A stretch of 64,000 bases of DNA from Raillietiella orientalis (taxonomy: Eukaryota). A program made the translations under genes and the position numbers. The notes below the pieces were generated by a model that saw nothing but the letters and a program-made list of their open reading frames with translations, was not told the origin of the DNA and did no database searches. This document shows, piece after piece, positions 36,282 to 49,300 of the stretch (its first letter is position 1; each line of letters starts with the position of its first letter). The stretch covers positions 620,001-684,000 of the forward strand of contig JAYWIR010000020.1 of NCBI GenBank assembly GCA_036172245.1, read 5' to 3'.

Positions 36282-38545
36282 CTATGACGAAGCCAATTCA
36301 TAAAATAAAAGATAAGCTTCATTAGTGACTATGTTATGTGCTGATATATGATGGACATGGGAATCATTGAACTCATACCACTGTTCACTATAAGGATGAC
36401 GACAGAAGGCTGTATAGTGACCAGAGTAGCTTGTTCCAGAATGATTGGCAACACCGTAAAGTTGATATATAGGTGCTTGGCTAGGATCAGATGCATAAGG
36501 TTTTAGATCTAATCTAGAAACTGGAAAGTCTACTTCACAGGATAGCTTTCCACGATACTTTTCTGTAGGCGAAAATCGTTTCAAATCTGGAAAATGTTAA
36601 GGAATGCATGCTACCGATGCAATCAATTTGTCAAAAGGATACGGACCACCAGTATCTTTGGAAAGCGATGAATAGTGAAATGTTTAGTGCACTTACAACG
36701 CATTCTGCATCTGGAGCATGTCTAGATTAAGACTGCCAGTTAACATCAAAACAATATGACACACTCACTGGTTTTTCTTCACCATCTAAAATTTCTTCTC
36801 TTGTGAACAGATCAAAACACTGTTGCAACTGTATATGACTCCCACATGATGGAATAGGCAATGACAAATCCCAGAATGGATCAAATGTTATTGAGCAATA
36901 ATCACACCTGGTGCAACGTAATGTTGACTTTAACTGTCCTACAAATAAATCAACAATCTTGCTGTCATCCATCCTCAAATATCTCTTCCACGATTCAGAT
37001 GCTTTCTGAACATCACTAAAATATGGTTGCTTATGTTAACATTATGTATGCTGAATCCTACCTAAGACGTTCATCAATATCTTCCTGCACGGGTTTTGGT
37101 TTGATTGTTATTCTGTTGACATCTTCATGCAAACCTTCCAAAAGATAACGAAGAAATTCCTGAGCATCCTGTTGGTTATACCCCATGAAACGAGAAGCAA
37201 AACACTGAATCTGAACTTTTAAGGAAGATGTAGAGATAACGCTGCCTTCATTCTTAGGATTCCATAAATCATGGATAAGACTTGCAAAGGCTGACATAAA
37301 ATAACATTAATATTCTAAAGATTTAATCTGCATTTTATGTATCTGAATTCTTATAGTCCAAGAATCAAGATATTTGCTGTGTGCCCCTTCTTAACAGAAC
37401 TCTGATAAGTTCTGCTTTCAATGAGGCTCCACTGATTAACTTTTCATTTACCTTTCATTAGAGCACCTTTCATTGAAGAAGTACTTGTATTAATATCTGT
37501 CAAATAGGAGTCACTCAATATATATTCTAGGAGGGGTTTAGTATTACTTAAGCATTGAAGATCTGCATTCATGAAACACTAGAGAGCACAATTCCAAAAA
37601 ATTCCCACATTTACTCACTGTGTTACCAATGTTCTTCAATCCTATTAAACCTCCTTTGCTAGCTGTTGCTGGAGAAACATCATTCTACCAAAGACAACTT
37701 ATTAACAACATGTAGCACATTGTATTTTTCACCTGTGAATGTCCACTAGCAGTTCCTCCATAATCCTTTTTCCCATGACTAGAGGATGGACTAGACCCAG
37801 AAGCACTTCGTTTGCCAGAAGAAATTTGACTATTACATTTCCAATTCTGGAGCAAACTACCTTTACCATAGTAACCAATGTCTTTTGCTAGGTCACAGCT
37901 CTCTTTCACATCATCTTGTAAATATGTTCTGGGTTTATATTGACATGAAGACAAATCAGAGTTTTTGCCAATAAAGTTTTCACTAGTATTTCTGTTTAAC
38001 TGGAACTTGATAGTACTACTTGGTTGAGTGACTGAAGACTGTACTAAATGCCGATTTCTTTGTCCATTCAGTTTGTCATTTCTTGAAGATTGCCAGATGT
38101 ATCTTTTATAGTTAAACTCATCCAAAACTGAAGTATTGTTTATCAATGATGTATGTGGCAAATCTTTGGTGTAATCTTTTGGAATATTGTAATGGTGGGA
38201 TATTTTGTCATTGGAACTTGTATTTGATAACAATTTTTTTGAATTTAAATTTCTTTTAGAATATAGTCCATTAGGAATAGGGAAATGGGAATTCAGCTTA
38301 AAATCAAGATTTGGCTCAAAACTACATTTCCTAAGAAGACCATTTGATTGAATTAGCGTTTTTGGGTGTGGTAACATTAGAGAGTCCCTGGTAGATTTTG
38401 ATATTGTTGCAGAGGAAGAAAATGTGGGAGAACTGGTATGTCTTGATGTGAGTCGATCAAGACTAGTTGTTCTAGGAGATGGTAAAGTAGAAACATTGCA
38501 AGATGGAGAATGGGAATCAGAAAAAGTTGAATGAATTGGGGGCAT
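36282..38545 (-). CDS. USP2: Ubiquitin-specific protease of the USP2/USP21 type with a Ser-rich disordered N-terminus, 7 coding exons
   Basis: Cys box GLKNIGNTCFMN, QQDAQEFLRYLLEGLHEDVNR, SKIVDLFVGQLKS, FDPFWDLSLP, HLKRF and His box NHSGTSYSGHYTA...WYEFNDS. Exons: 38545-37733, 37684-37619, 37578-37452, 37290-37062, 37015-36769, 36721-36643, 36586-36282. The start could be 38560 if the 38-nt 5'-UTR intron at 38551-38588 is not spliced. Confidence 0.92.
36587..36642 (-). other. U12-type (minor spliceosome) GT-AG intron in USP2, 56 nt
   Basis: 5' site GTATCCTTTT; branch site TTCCTTAAC (36604-36596); short distance to the CAG acceptor. Splicing restores V-V-H|L-K-R-F. Confidence 0.9.
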
Positions 38546-41500
38546 AATTTCTGATTGCATAAAATCAGATTAACTAGGAGCCATTTACCTTGAATGAAAG
38601 GGATTTAAATACTATTGAAAAAATATCTGCAGCATAACAATGCGACACAAATCACACATAGCAGCACATTGTATAGTTCATTTGCTAGTAATTATATGAA
38701 AACAGAAACACACAGAATGGCATTTGAAGCTACAATAATTTTGTATTTCCACAATGGAACTTATAACTAGTATTATAACTTTACTTTAACAAATGTTTTC
38801 CTCGAGTTAAAAAGCAAGTATAAAATTTGCAAAAATACAATCACTTCAGATTCAATGATCGCACAATGAACGCAAATACTAAGTCATAGTTTTTACTAAA
38901 ATCCACAAATCATTTCGAATTTACTATGTACACACTTCCATTTAAAAGACTTTTCCTGAATACATTATGAAATCAACTTTTATTCAGACGAGAAGGAACG
39001 ATTCACTTTGCCTAATACAGATATATAGTACTTGGAGCCACTCCAAAAATACCTTAAACATATCAACTTGCACTATTTTGGTCTTCAAGCGAAAATTTTC
39101 CAGTTACAGATAATTCAGATTTTTGCGCATACAAAAATTCAAAAATTGAACAGAAGGCAAACCACATAGAAAATACAATTATAACTTACATTTTTATTAT
39201 GACAGGCTCACACTTTTAAATTTGACTTCAGCAAACTTTTAATTAGATATAAGATCACGCACTTTATCTATGATTACAAAAGTTTTAGTATGAATTTAAA
39301 CAAGTGTTCATCAAAAGCAAAACTACTTTGTTAAACCTAGGAACATGATGGAACACAGAACTTCAATTTTTGAGAAACTTCATTTCATTTCATATATTTA
39401 TTGTTTTTGTTTTTATTTTTTTTGAATTAGTCAGATGATGTACAAATTCGAATTTCATTACCTTGGATTGCAATTCGAGGTGATGATCAGTATTCTTTCA
39501 CTGCACCTTAATCGATAATAAAGAAACGTATTATACATATATTAATGTTTATCCTTTAAAGGGGAAAAATCAGTAAAAACCATTGCTAAATTTGAATCGA
39601 TAATATAATCTTCGAAACAAGAAACACCACTAATTTAGAAAAAAAAAAAATAAATCAAAAGTGAGACCTTATAGTTTCAGGGTCATTGGGTTACAACAAA
39701 TACGATAAAGCAGATTTCGAGAAAAAAGATATTTCATGTAATTGTTATTTAAAAAAAAATAATAATCTGCGCGTAATAAAGTTTAGGGTGAAGACTGTAA
39801 ACTCTTCAATTACATTTTATGTTCTGTATATATGTTTAGTTATTTTTAACGTTCCAACGCATTGTAAAAAAGAAATAATTAACTTTGCTTGAAGATCTAC
39901 TTAAGGGACATAGTTTTGTTACTTTTCCTGTATGCTAATCTTTTCGGGCTACGATAGCTCTTGCATTTAGTATTCTGCAAACCATTCTGATGTAATTCAT
40001 GCGAATTGAAAGAAATACATTTCCATTTTTATTCTGCGGCTGCATCACCCACGACGGCTATTCATTGTCCAATAGTAAAAGTAATTGAAAATTTTTATCC
40101 AAATGCATCCTTGCAAGCAATGTTTTGTTGTTTATTCACGGGAAGGATACTTTATTTGCTTTCAGATAGCAAAAACGAGAAGTACAACAAATGTACACCT
40201 TTCCCAACCCAGCGGATGCATTTCTGATTCAGTTTTCTATCAAATAAGATCAATCAGATAATCTTTTCAATTGTGGACTTTAGTGAGAGGCAGCACGTAG
40301 GATCCTTACTCACTGAGAGTACTAAAAACACTTACAAACAGTTGAGATAATTTTGATCCTGGGGAAAAAAAATTTTTTATTCATAGATGAGACGTATTTG
40401 AATGTCAAAGACACTTGTTGCTAAAAAAAATTAAAGTGTCTTAATGACTCGAAGTCCGTTCGTTGACTCGAATGACGTTCCTCTCGAACGTGCTCAAAAG
40501 TTGAATCCTGACAAAGCACTTCGTACGAATAGGCAGACTAAATAATGGTAATTGAATTTAAGTTAAGGATGACATGAATTCATCTTAAATGCTCTAAAGA
40601 GCTGCCGCTCTCATTTCTTCCTCACATTAAGGCAAGGCATATAATTTTCTTCCAAAGTACCCAAGTGAGAAAATGCAAAATGACAATATGAATGCAGATT
40701 AGAGAAGTTTTATCATTTTATTAAAATAAATCAGTATGAGACCAATATAATTTTAGTTAGTTGGCCAAGTGCGTCCTTCTTATTTTACAAAAATATAACA
40801 GTTTCAAGTGAACATCCTTACTACGTGAACCATAATAATTTTGAAAGTCTAGAAGAAAAAAAACTATCGTAATCTAGTAAATTCAACAGATTCGTAAAAG
40901 AAAAAATTCTCCTTGCTTTCTATTTCGATAGAGTTAATAATATAACTAATAGGAAACTTAAGGTAATTAACCTTTCCTTTTTATCAATTGTTCCTTTATA
41001 ATTCTTGATAAGGTTAGTAGCATAGCTAAATATAAAAGATGAAAACGAAATTTTTTAGCTGAATGGTCAACGTTCTAAGTTTTTGACTTGCAAGTTTAGC
41101 AATGTGACTTCGGGAATTCGTTTCGTTACTAATGTTCGTTGCTTACACTGTTGTCGCAATATTCCTCATACTAATGCTAGAGAACATCAATGACAATTGT
41201 CTGTTTAAGTAGGAAAAAAATTCCGGATCCAAGTGACGATGAAAATTCAGTGTATACAATACATGTTAAGAATTGGCATCTGCAACCTCTTTATAACATA
41301 AAAGATACCAATAAAGCTGTTCTTAAATTATAATTATTTCACGAAACCTGTAATCCAATCTGAATTCGCTTAACTTGTAGTTTAAATAAGCCATTCATAC
41401 CACTATCATTTTAAAAACCTCATGAATAAAAATTTGAATGAATAAAATGAATTTTGTCTTAACAGCAGTACACATTATAGAAACACTTGGTCCGTCACGT

Positions 41501-42699
41501 TTACTCTCTTGAATAACAAGAAATTTTGATCGATATACAAATAAAACTACATGGTAGTAATATTTAGTAAAATGATGGAACTAAATGAGGATTGAATTTG
41601 TTTTTACTTAAATCCAAGATCGATTTCATGCAGAATGATTGCTAATAAATATATTCATCCAGTTTTCTTGAGACAATTGAATGGATAGACATATGTTTGT
41701 ATAATGGTATAATAAAATTATAGTAAAGGTAATGCTGGCCCAAGTACAAAAAAACACATGAACTGAAGTAAATATGTAGAAAATTCCATGAATTTTATCA
41801 ATCTTATTTGATTTCAAATGCACGGTATGGATGAAATCCCAGTTGCAAATATAAACTCAAAATTTGAAGAACATGCGGACATCTCTTGTTTCTGATCATA
41901 TATACTCCTCGTAAAGATTAACATGGTTTGCATTCTTATTGCTGATCCTGTAGAGTCTCATCATTTTAATTATTAAATTATCTTCGCGGTGGTCTTATTT
42001 GTTTTCACAATCAAGAATGTCAATAAATTCAGCTTAGCAGTAAAGTAGATCGAGAATGATTTCTAGAAAGAACAGTGATTAAAATTATGCAGAATTTCAT
42101 CAAGTAAAGGCACGATGGAAAATTCCGGATATTATTCTAGATTATTTTGGAGCAGAGGAATGATAAATTTAAACAAAAATGAAAAACTTGGAGATCTATT
42201 CGATTCTGCATAGTCAAGACTCTAGAGTATGCTGAAAAGCACATAGAAAGAAAACAGAAATCAAAAGGTTCGCTTGCGGCATGTGGTTGATGAAGCTCAG
42301 AAAAGATTAGAGCAGGAAGACTCAAAGATTCTGTAATTTCTGTTACTATTGTTTGTCAGAAGTTCTGTAAGCACATGCATGTGTTCACATAGAATTGTCG
42401 TGCACGTTCGGGGATCTTGCATGAAGAATGCATGAAGATGAGCATCACTGGCGTGTCGAATTAAATCCCGATATTATATCAAACCAAATCATATTCCCAA
42501 ATAATGTCGTAAGAATAACTGTTCTTCGTGTACTTGAATGGAATTATTTCCTACGTAAACTTAATATACTTAAAAGTTAGTTACAGTTTCAGAAAGAAAG
42601 CGAGGATTGAGCAGTGAATCAACTCAAAAATAGATTTCAAACACTTTTGAGGAAGGAGTCAGCAAAGCATTTGTTTTTCTTTTAATGTCGATGAATTTG

Positions 42700-43100
42700 A
42701 ATTTTGGAGTTCTGAACAATTGCAGTGGGTACATTATTATTTGCTACACTCAAACTGTGCACAAAAGTTGACACAGTACACAGATTACAATATGAATAAA
42801 CTCGGAATGACTTTTCCATTTTAAAAAAACATGTGGAAAACTCAAAAACCAATTGATTTAAGGATTTATCAGTTAGGGAACGGATGTTCAGAAAAAAATA
42901 AATTGATGAATATCTGCTTATTTTCGATCTCCTATTATTTGAGAAGAACGTTCTTCCCAAATATCCTCAATGCGGAAAAAAATAAAGCAATCAGGATTAT
43001 ATTCGTTTTGAGATATTCGGAGAGCTGGAAAAATGCAGTGAAACCAAAGTGAATTCAATAACATACATGCACCTGTAAAAATTATTCTATCAACAATTTC
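42700..43100 (+). mobile_element. Possible CR1/L2-like retrotransposon C-terminal relic
   Basis: LKKHVEN (cf. W..HV), IYQL and ILNAEKNKAIRIIFVLRYSESWKNAVK (cf. QK.AIRII....RESCR..FK); short and decayed. Confidence 0.3.
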
Positions 43101-46100
43101 TGCTTAAGAGAATCATTTCTTTGAATATCACTTTTTTGAACTGCATTTGTAAAATAGTCTAGGAATGCACTAATGATGTGAGTATCCAGTAAAAACATTC
43201 AGTTTCGGATTCTGAGGAAGGAATAGACATTGATAAGGCAACACGAAACTGGCTGTCTATAAAATGTCGTCCTCATTGATCGAGTTTGAACCCCAAAGAA
43301 TGAAAGACTGCTACGAGCCTATGCTCAATGATGCTCATTCTGGAAATAAGCTGTCCTCGAACAATTTTGCAACGCAAGTTCACTAAGGAGAGAATCTATA
43401 TTGCAATATCCATAAAATATACATCTTCAGGGAATGCTGCGCCGTCTTTTTGAACGAAATCTCTCACATTCTGATTTGTAATGAACAATTTTGCTGAACA
43501 ATTTCTAATTTCTACAGACCATGAATCTACAAATGACAATGTAATGTTACAAATGGCTCATATTGAAATGGAAAACGATTGATTATTCCAGGATTGTTTT
43601 AAGATTTCGCTGTTATTGGGCTTTCAACTATCTTTGGTAGACAGTAATAAAATGGAGCGTCTGCAATACACATTATAGGTTCTCAACATGTTCAGTTAAA
43701 AGGATGTTTAATAAAAAAACACAACCATATTTTTGTTTGATTGATGAACTAGGAATGAATTAAAATAAATTAAATACATCATGCGGATATCCGCATATTC
43801 TGAGGCTTCAGTATACTCTTTGTAGATGAATACTTACATGCATGCAATGTAATTAACTTTCAAAATATCAAGTAGTAAAAGATATTATTAACAAATAATT
43901 CCATTGTTGTATCTTAGTTAGCGGTCTCTGATTTAGCATTTATCTTTACAAGAAATATGAGTATTTTTCTCAATGAGGCAAATTACCGATGTCTCATTTA
44001 GACAGTGCGAAAGATTTCAGGGTTCCAGTTTTGAAATCCAACTAGAAGCAACGTATCAGAGAAGCACGAAATCAGATGTGATTTTGTTTCTTACAGTTAA
44101 ATCAGTTTTAACATCCTAAAATAGAAAGAGACCTGCATTGTTTATAGCAACTGAAGATACATTAAATATTCATTAAATTGTTGAAAAAGTGCATGCAGGC
44201 AGAGTGTCTGTCTTTTTTGTAATAAGAAAAGAAGTAGACTTTCTTTTAAAGAACATATCTTATTTGGTATGTGGCAGAGATATCACAACACCATAATTCT
44301 TGATATTTCTATGTTCTTGGCTTTGATTAGCTACACAGCAAGCTATGAAAACCTCATGTTTTGGTTTACATCGGCTATGTACTCATTGTAGAAACTTCAG
44401 GAACGAATATGTTGCTAAATGGGAAGCGTATATTGTATTTCGGATTCATTCATTTTGCATAATATGATTTCTAACCTTTATCTCATTTTAACACATTCCT
44501 TCTTTTCTGAAATTTCTCCTTAGCTCAGAAATAATTACTGTACTAAAACATAATGAACAGCAGACTATTTAATTTAAAATTACGGAAAACACTGCATACC
44601 CTAAGCATGTTTTCGCATTTGTTGTACTTAAATTATTACCATTATTACTGTTAAAGGTTATTATTATTCAAGAAATCAATATCTTATATCTGCTGGAAGA
44701 TCCCTTCTTGAATCTGAGCTTTTACGCAGAAATTTGGCTTTTAACACTACAAAAATAAACAACAAACTCTATTCAGCTTATCTTATGAAGAAGGAATCAC
44801 ATTTCTAAAATCAACTGGATTATACACATTCTTTAATGAACTGTTTCTCTTTTGCCAATATGAAGCGAGAGCATTACATAAAAATGGTTTTGGGTGATCT
44901 TTACAAAAGCGATTTTTACAACTTTTTTGAATCAATAGCTTGAAAGCAAGTTGGTAACAAATATTGTCAAACATTTCTTCAGAAAAGACAACTTGAATTT
45001 TCATATCCCATACGCTCTGCGTTAATTTGCATTTGGAATTCCAAAAATTATCATGCTTGAAGTTTTTATTCCTGTGTTTCAGTTTTTCATTACTTGATAT
45101 TGAGCACCTACAGTTTTATATACCTTCTCGTTGGAAATCTCTTAGTGAGTTAAAGAATCTTTGCTTATGGTTCCTCGTTCTTCTACCACACAAATAACAG
45201 TTTCCAGCAAAATTGTTCATTACAAATGCTTACTGGGAACTCAGTGTCATGATGACTCATGGTGGTTATAGAAAACTCTGTTACGGAGAATTTTTATTTG
45301 CTTTTGAAATGAGGTTAGGGATCAAAAAACTTTTACATATACTTATGCATTACCAAAACAACATAAAAATCGGAAGCATGAAAGGAAACATTTATGCATT
45401 GCTTTTTTTGCATTATTGCATTGCTTTTTTTACATCAATATTTGTGCTGTCAGCTGGCGTACAATTTCAATGAGAATATTCTCTATGTTATTAATTAATA
45501 TTTTACTCGACACTAGCTAGAAACTCTCTCCCCGAAACAGAATTCTGGGATTTCAGTCAGTATCATGACTGAAAAACTTTTGCAGTACACTTCAGGAATC
45601 CATAGATCCATATGCTAAAATTGTTTCCCGAATATGTAATTAGATTTTGGATGTTCATATCTTTAGTCTCAAGAATGTACTCGAGTTTTTTATTCATTTA
45701 TACTGAAGATTCTAGGAAAATGCCGCATATAAAAAGTCACAGAAGTAGTGTTACTACAAAAAGAGATGAACCAAATATCAGCATGTTTTCATATGACATC
45801 TGATTTTTAAAGAAAAGGATTTAAAATTTTCGAAGGAAACTGGACAATTACTCCCAGAGAGTATTATAACAGAAAAGATCTCTCATCCTCCAATTTCCTT
45901 ATGATCACGTTTATTCAGAACACGCAAATTCTAGAGGGTTCAAATTGATTTCCATACTTTCTATAGTTCTTTCATCGAAGCTTATTGAAGATGGACTGAA
46001 AAGAATTTACTCATTTTTTAATTGAACATACTCGTTTTTAGCTTAAGCACCTGACAATTCTTAGTAATCGACGAACAAAAGTTGAGGATCAGTGAAAACT

Positions 46101-46399
46101 CTTTATACATTCCAAAAGTTTGATATAAAAACTGGATCTAAATCACTAAATATTGATCACGTGATTGTAATATTTGAGTCTGATTCCTTGTTAACCTAAA
46201 TGTACTCTTATTTAGAATTTGCCTTTTGCCAATGTGAAATGAAACCATGACATGAAAATGAGTTTGGATGTCTATATAATAATGTTTTCTACTTCCCCGC
46301 ATCCAAATTCTTCATTACTCGTCTGAATATGAGCAATCTTTTAATATCGCATTTTACTTGGTATTTCTTATTCTCCATGAATTCAAACGTAAATAAAAA

Positions 46400-49300
46400 A
46401 TGAATCCACTTGATCTAAGTGAATATGAATCCCTGAATGATTCCAAATGTAGATCGTATGCGTTAGCGATAGAAAAAGTTTTAAAAAATTTCGAGAGCAC
46501 CAGTGAATGGCCTGATCTGATTTCGTATTTGGGCAAACTGAATAAAGTAGGTCTATCCATTGATGGTTACTTAATGCATTGTTTTGATTTGTTTCTTTTG
46601 CATGGTTCTCGTTTTAGGTTCTTTTATCACATGGTCATCTGCATTATGTTCCGAAGCAGATTACAATTTGTAAAAGACTTTCGCAGTGCATGCATCCGGC
46701 TCTTCCAAGTGGTGTTCATTTAAAGGCCCTTGAAACATATGATACTATTTTTAAGATAATTGGACCATTGAAACTTGCAAGAGATATATTCATCTATAGT
46801 GCTGGTAATGAAATTTTATTAAATTATCCAGTTTGAATTACAGTGTGTATGTATTTTAAAAGAAACGCTTGAAATTACTGATTACTGAACATGGCATTCA
46901 GCAAACTGTAGATTCAGTAATCTTTCAGGCAATGATTGTTAGTCCCAGATGTTTTATACTTTATATGTAATGAATAGAATAGATGCCATTTACGTAAGTC
47001 TAATGGAATTTCGGAGAAAAATGCATGTGAATAAGTAAATTAGAAAACTGATTTAATTAGTAAGCTTCCTTTTTATTCAAGTTTGATTTCTCCTTTATTT
47101 TGATTTGCATAAATCAAGCATAGATGCTTGGCTGATAAATCAACAATTGGATTTCAATAAGATTCTTTAAATGTGAATGGAAAAATGTGAAGTAAATTGG
47201 AAGAAGTACATTCATTTTCTCATCAAGGCATTTCAAAAGTTCTATTCCATGTTAGTTGTTTTCCTGATTTGCAAAATTCGTTTAATGTGGTTGAGTTCAT
47301 GATGAGAGTTTTTTCTGGATCTCTTATCATTTATAAAGCTAACCAGCATGTTTTCTAATAGTGGGCTAAAGATTGTTGCTTTCCATTTTTCTGATTTATG
47401 AAAAATTTTTTAAGAATTTTCAAAATATCCCATATTCGGATGTTATTCTTATAAATATTCAATCATATAAGTATTTTTGAAATCATGTTAATCATCTGTA
47501 ATATTTCTTTCTCAAGTTATCTTTATTCTATTTTGAATGTTAATATAAACTGGAATACTTATGTATTTCATGTGCTGCAGATTTTGATGTGAATGTGCAC
47601 CTCATATAATGTAGATATTGTAGTTTTATACCTGCACACTGCATTATTCACTATTTCATCCATATTTAGCTTTAAAATAAAACTAGTTTATAATGTTCAA
47701 GTTATAAACTGTGTTGGAATATATCAGAGTGTTTTTATGTGCTCTACAATTTTTTGCAGACAATTTTCAGAAATGGTTGCCATTTAAGCTATGATCTTTT
47801 TGTTATCTATGAAGAGATTAAGTGACACTTATAACATATGTAATTTTTTTGCAGTTCCTGTTAATTAAATGCAAAAATAGATATATTTGGGCGGGTGTGC
47901 ATCATTTGCTGTTTGTCATCATTAGCATAAAGCTTCACAGACAGTTGTTTTTGAATTCCTTGTTTTATTTTGATTTTAGGACTTTTTCCGCTATTTGGAG
48001 TCGCATCGATGAATGTAAAATCTTGTTTACTAGGAATTTATGAAAATCATTTCTTTCAATTAAAAGCATCTCTGAGACCTGCACTGTGTGGTTTCTTGAC
48101 TGGAATGATACCTGGATTGGAAGAAGGAGCTGATCATTATGAAAGGTAATTATTTAGAGAATGGTTACCAAATATATTGGACATCAGAATATGTGTGGTA
48201 GGCATGAGGTGTATATTTCATAAACTTATAAGAATAATGGTATTAAATACATTTACTGCATGTGATTCGTAGGGGGTTTCATCAACATGATTCCTTATTA
48301 AGGAAAAATCTAGTTGAAATAATAGTGTATTCAAGCACAAGCTTGATTTTAAAGTTCATGTAAATGTATTTTGTTTATGAAGTTCTTGGCATATTTTTTC
48401 TTTGATAAAAAGTCAACTTTCTTGATTGTATCATTGCTTTTTTTAGTTCATTTTCCTACAAAATTAATTTTTATAATTTCTGTATCCATGTATTTTCAAC
48501 TTTCATCATAAATTGTAGGTTTTTAGACTGAGTAGCCATTTGGGAAACAATTTTTACAAAAATATATAAATATAGCATATTAGCATGTTTCATGTAAATT
48601 CAGTAAGCACATTTATTAAAAAGCACGATGTATCATTATGATCAGCAAATGTCAGATTTGTAAGCTGGCATTCTGTAGGCTGCTCCTATTAATTCTTTAT
48701 TAATCACTTATCTTGATTTTCCACTGTTAATTATAAAATATTTTTCGATTCCACAGTATTTTCGCCTTGGTATCTCGTAATCTAACCTTATTGAATTTAA
48801 AAATGTTTTGTAGAACCATGAGAATCCTGGATGAGATATCTAAAGAAGTTGGCTTGGATTATTTTTTTGGTTCCTTATGGTGCTGTGTTCTTAATGTGCC
48901 AAACATTCGATTATCAGCTATCTCTTATGTTTTGAAAAGATATGACAAGAGTGTCAGTGTGGAGGATCAGTTGTACATAATTGGAAATAATGTTGACAAA
49001 TTTGTGAGTTTCAGTTTCACATGTATGTTAGAAATCTTTGAAATTTATTCGTAAAATTTCCAGTTAAAATTTCTACCATTTCTCTTTCTGAAAATCCAAG
49101 AAAGGTAATTCATGTAGAGCATGTTTTGACTTGGATTTTTGGTTTAAATACCTTGATGAAAGAATATTCACTTAAGTATTTACAGATAATGTTTGTCTAA
49201 TCAAAACAATTCCATTTTTGTGAGAATGAAATAGTTACTTTTTGTGCACTAAATATATGCACCCATTTAGTTTACAAAAGCTTCAGCTTTGCTTTTTGCT

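Noticed and set aside
38600..46300. Short ORFs in the USP2-DOP1 divergent interval
   Set aside because: Low-complexity AT-rich translations with no spliceable gene model; probably UTR exons, regulatory DNA and old repeat debris
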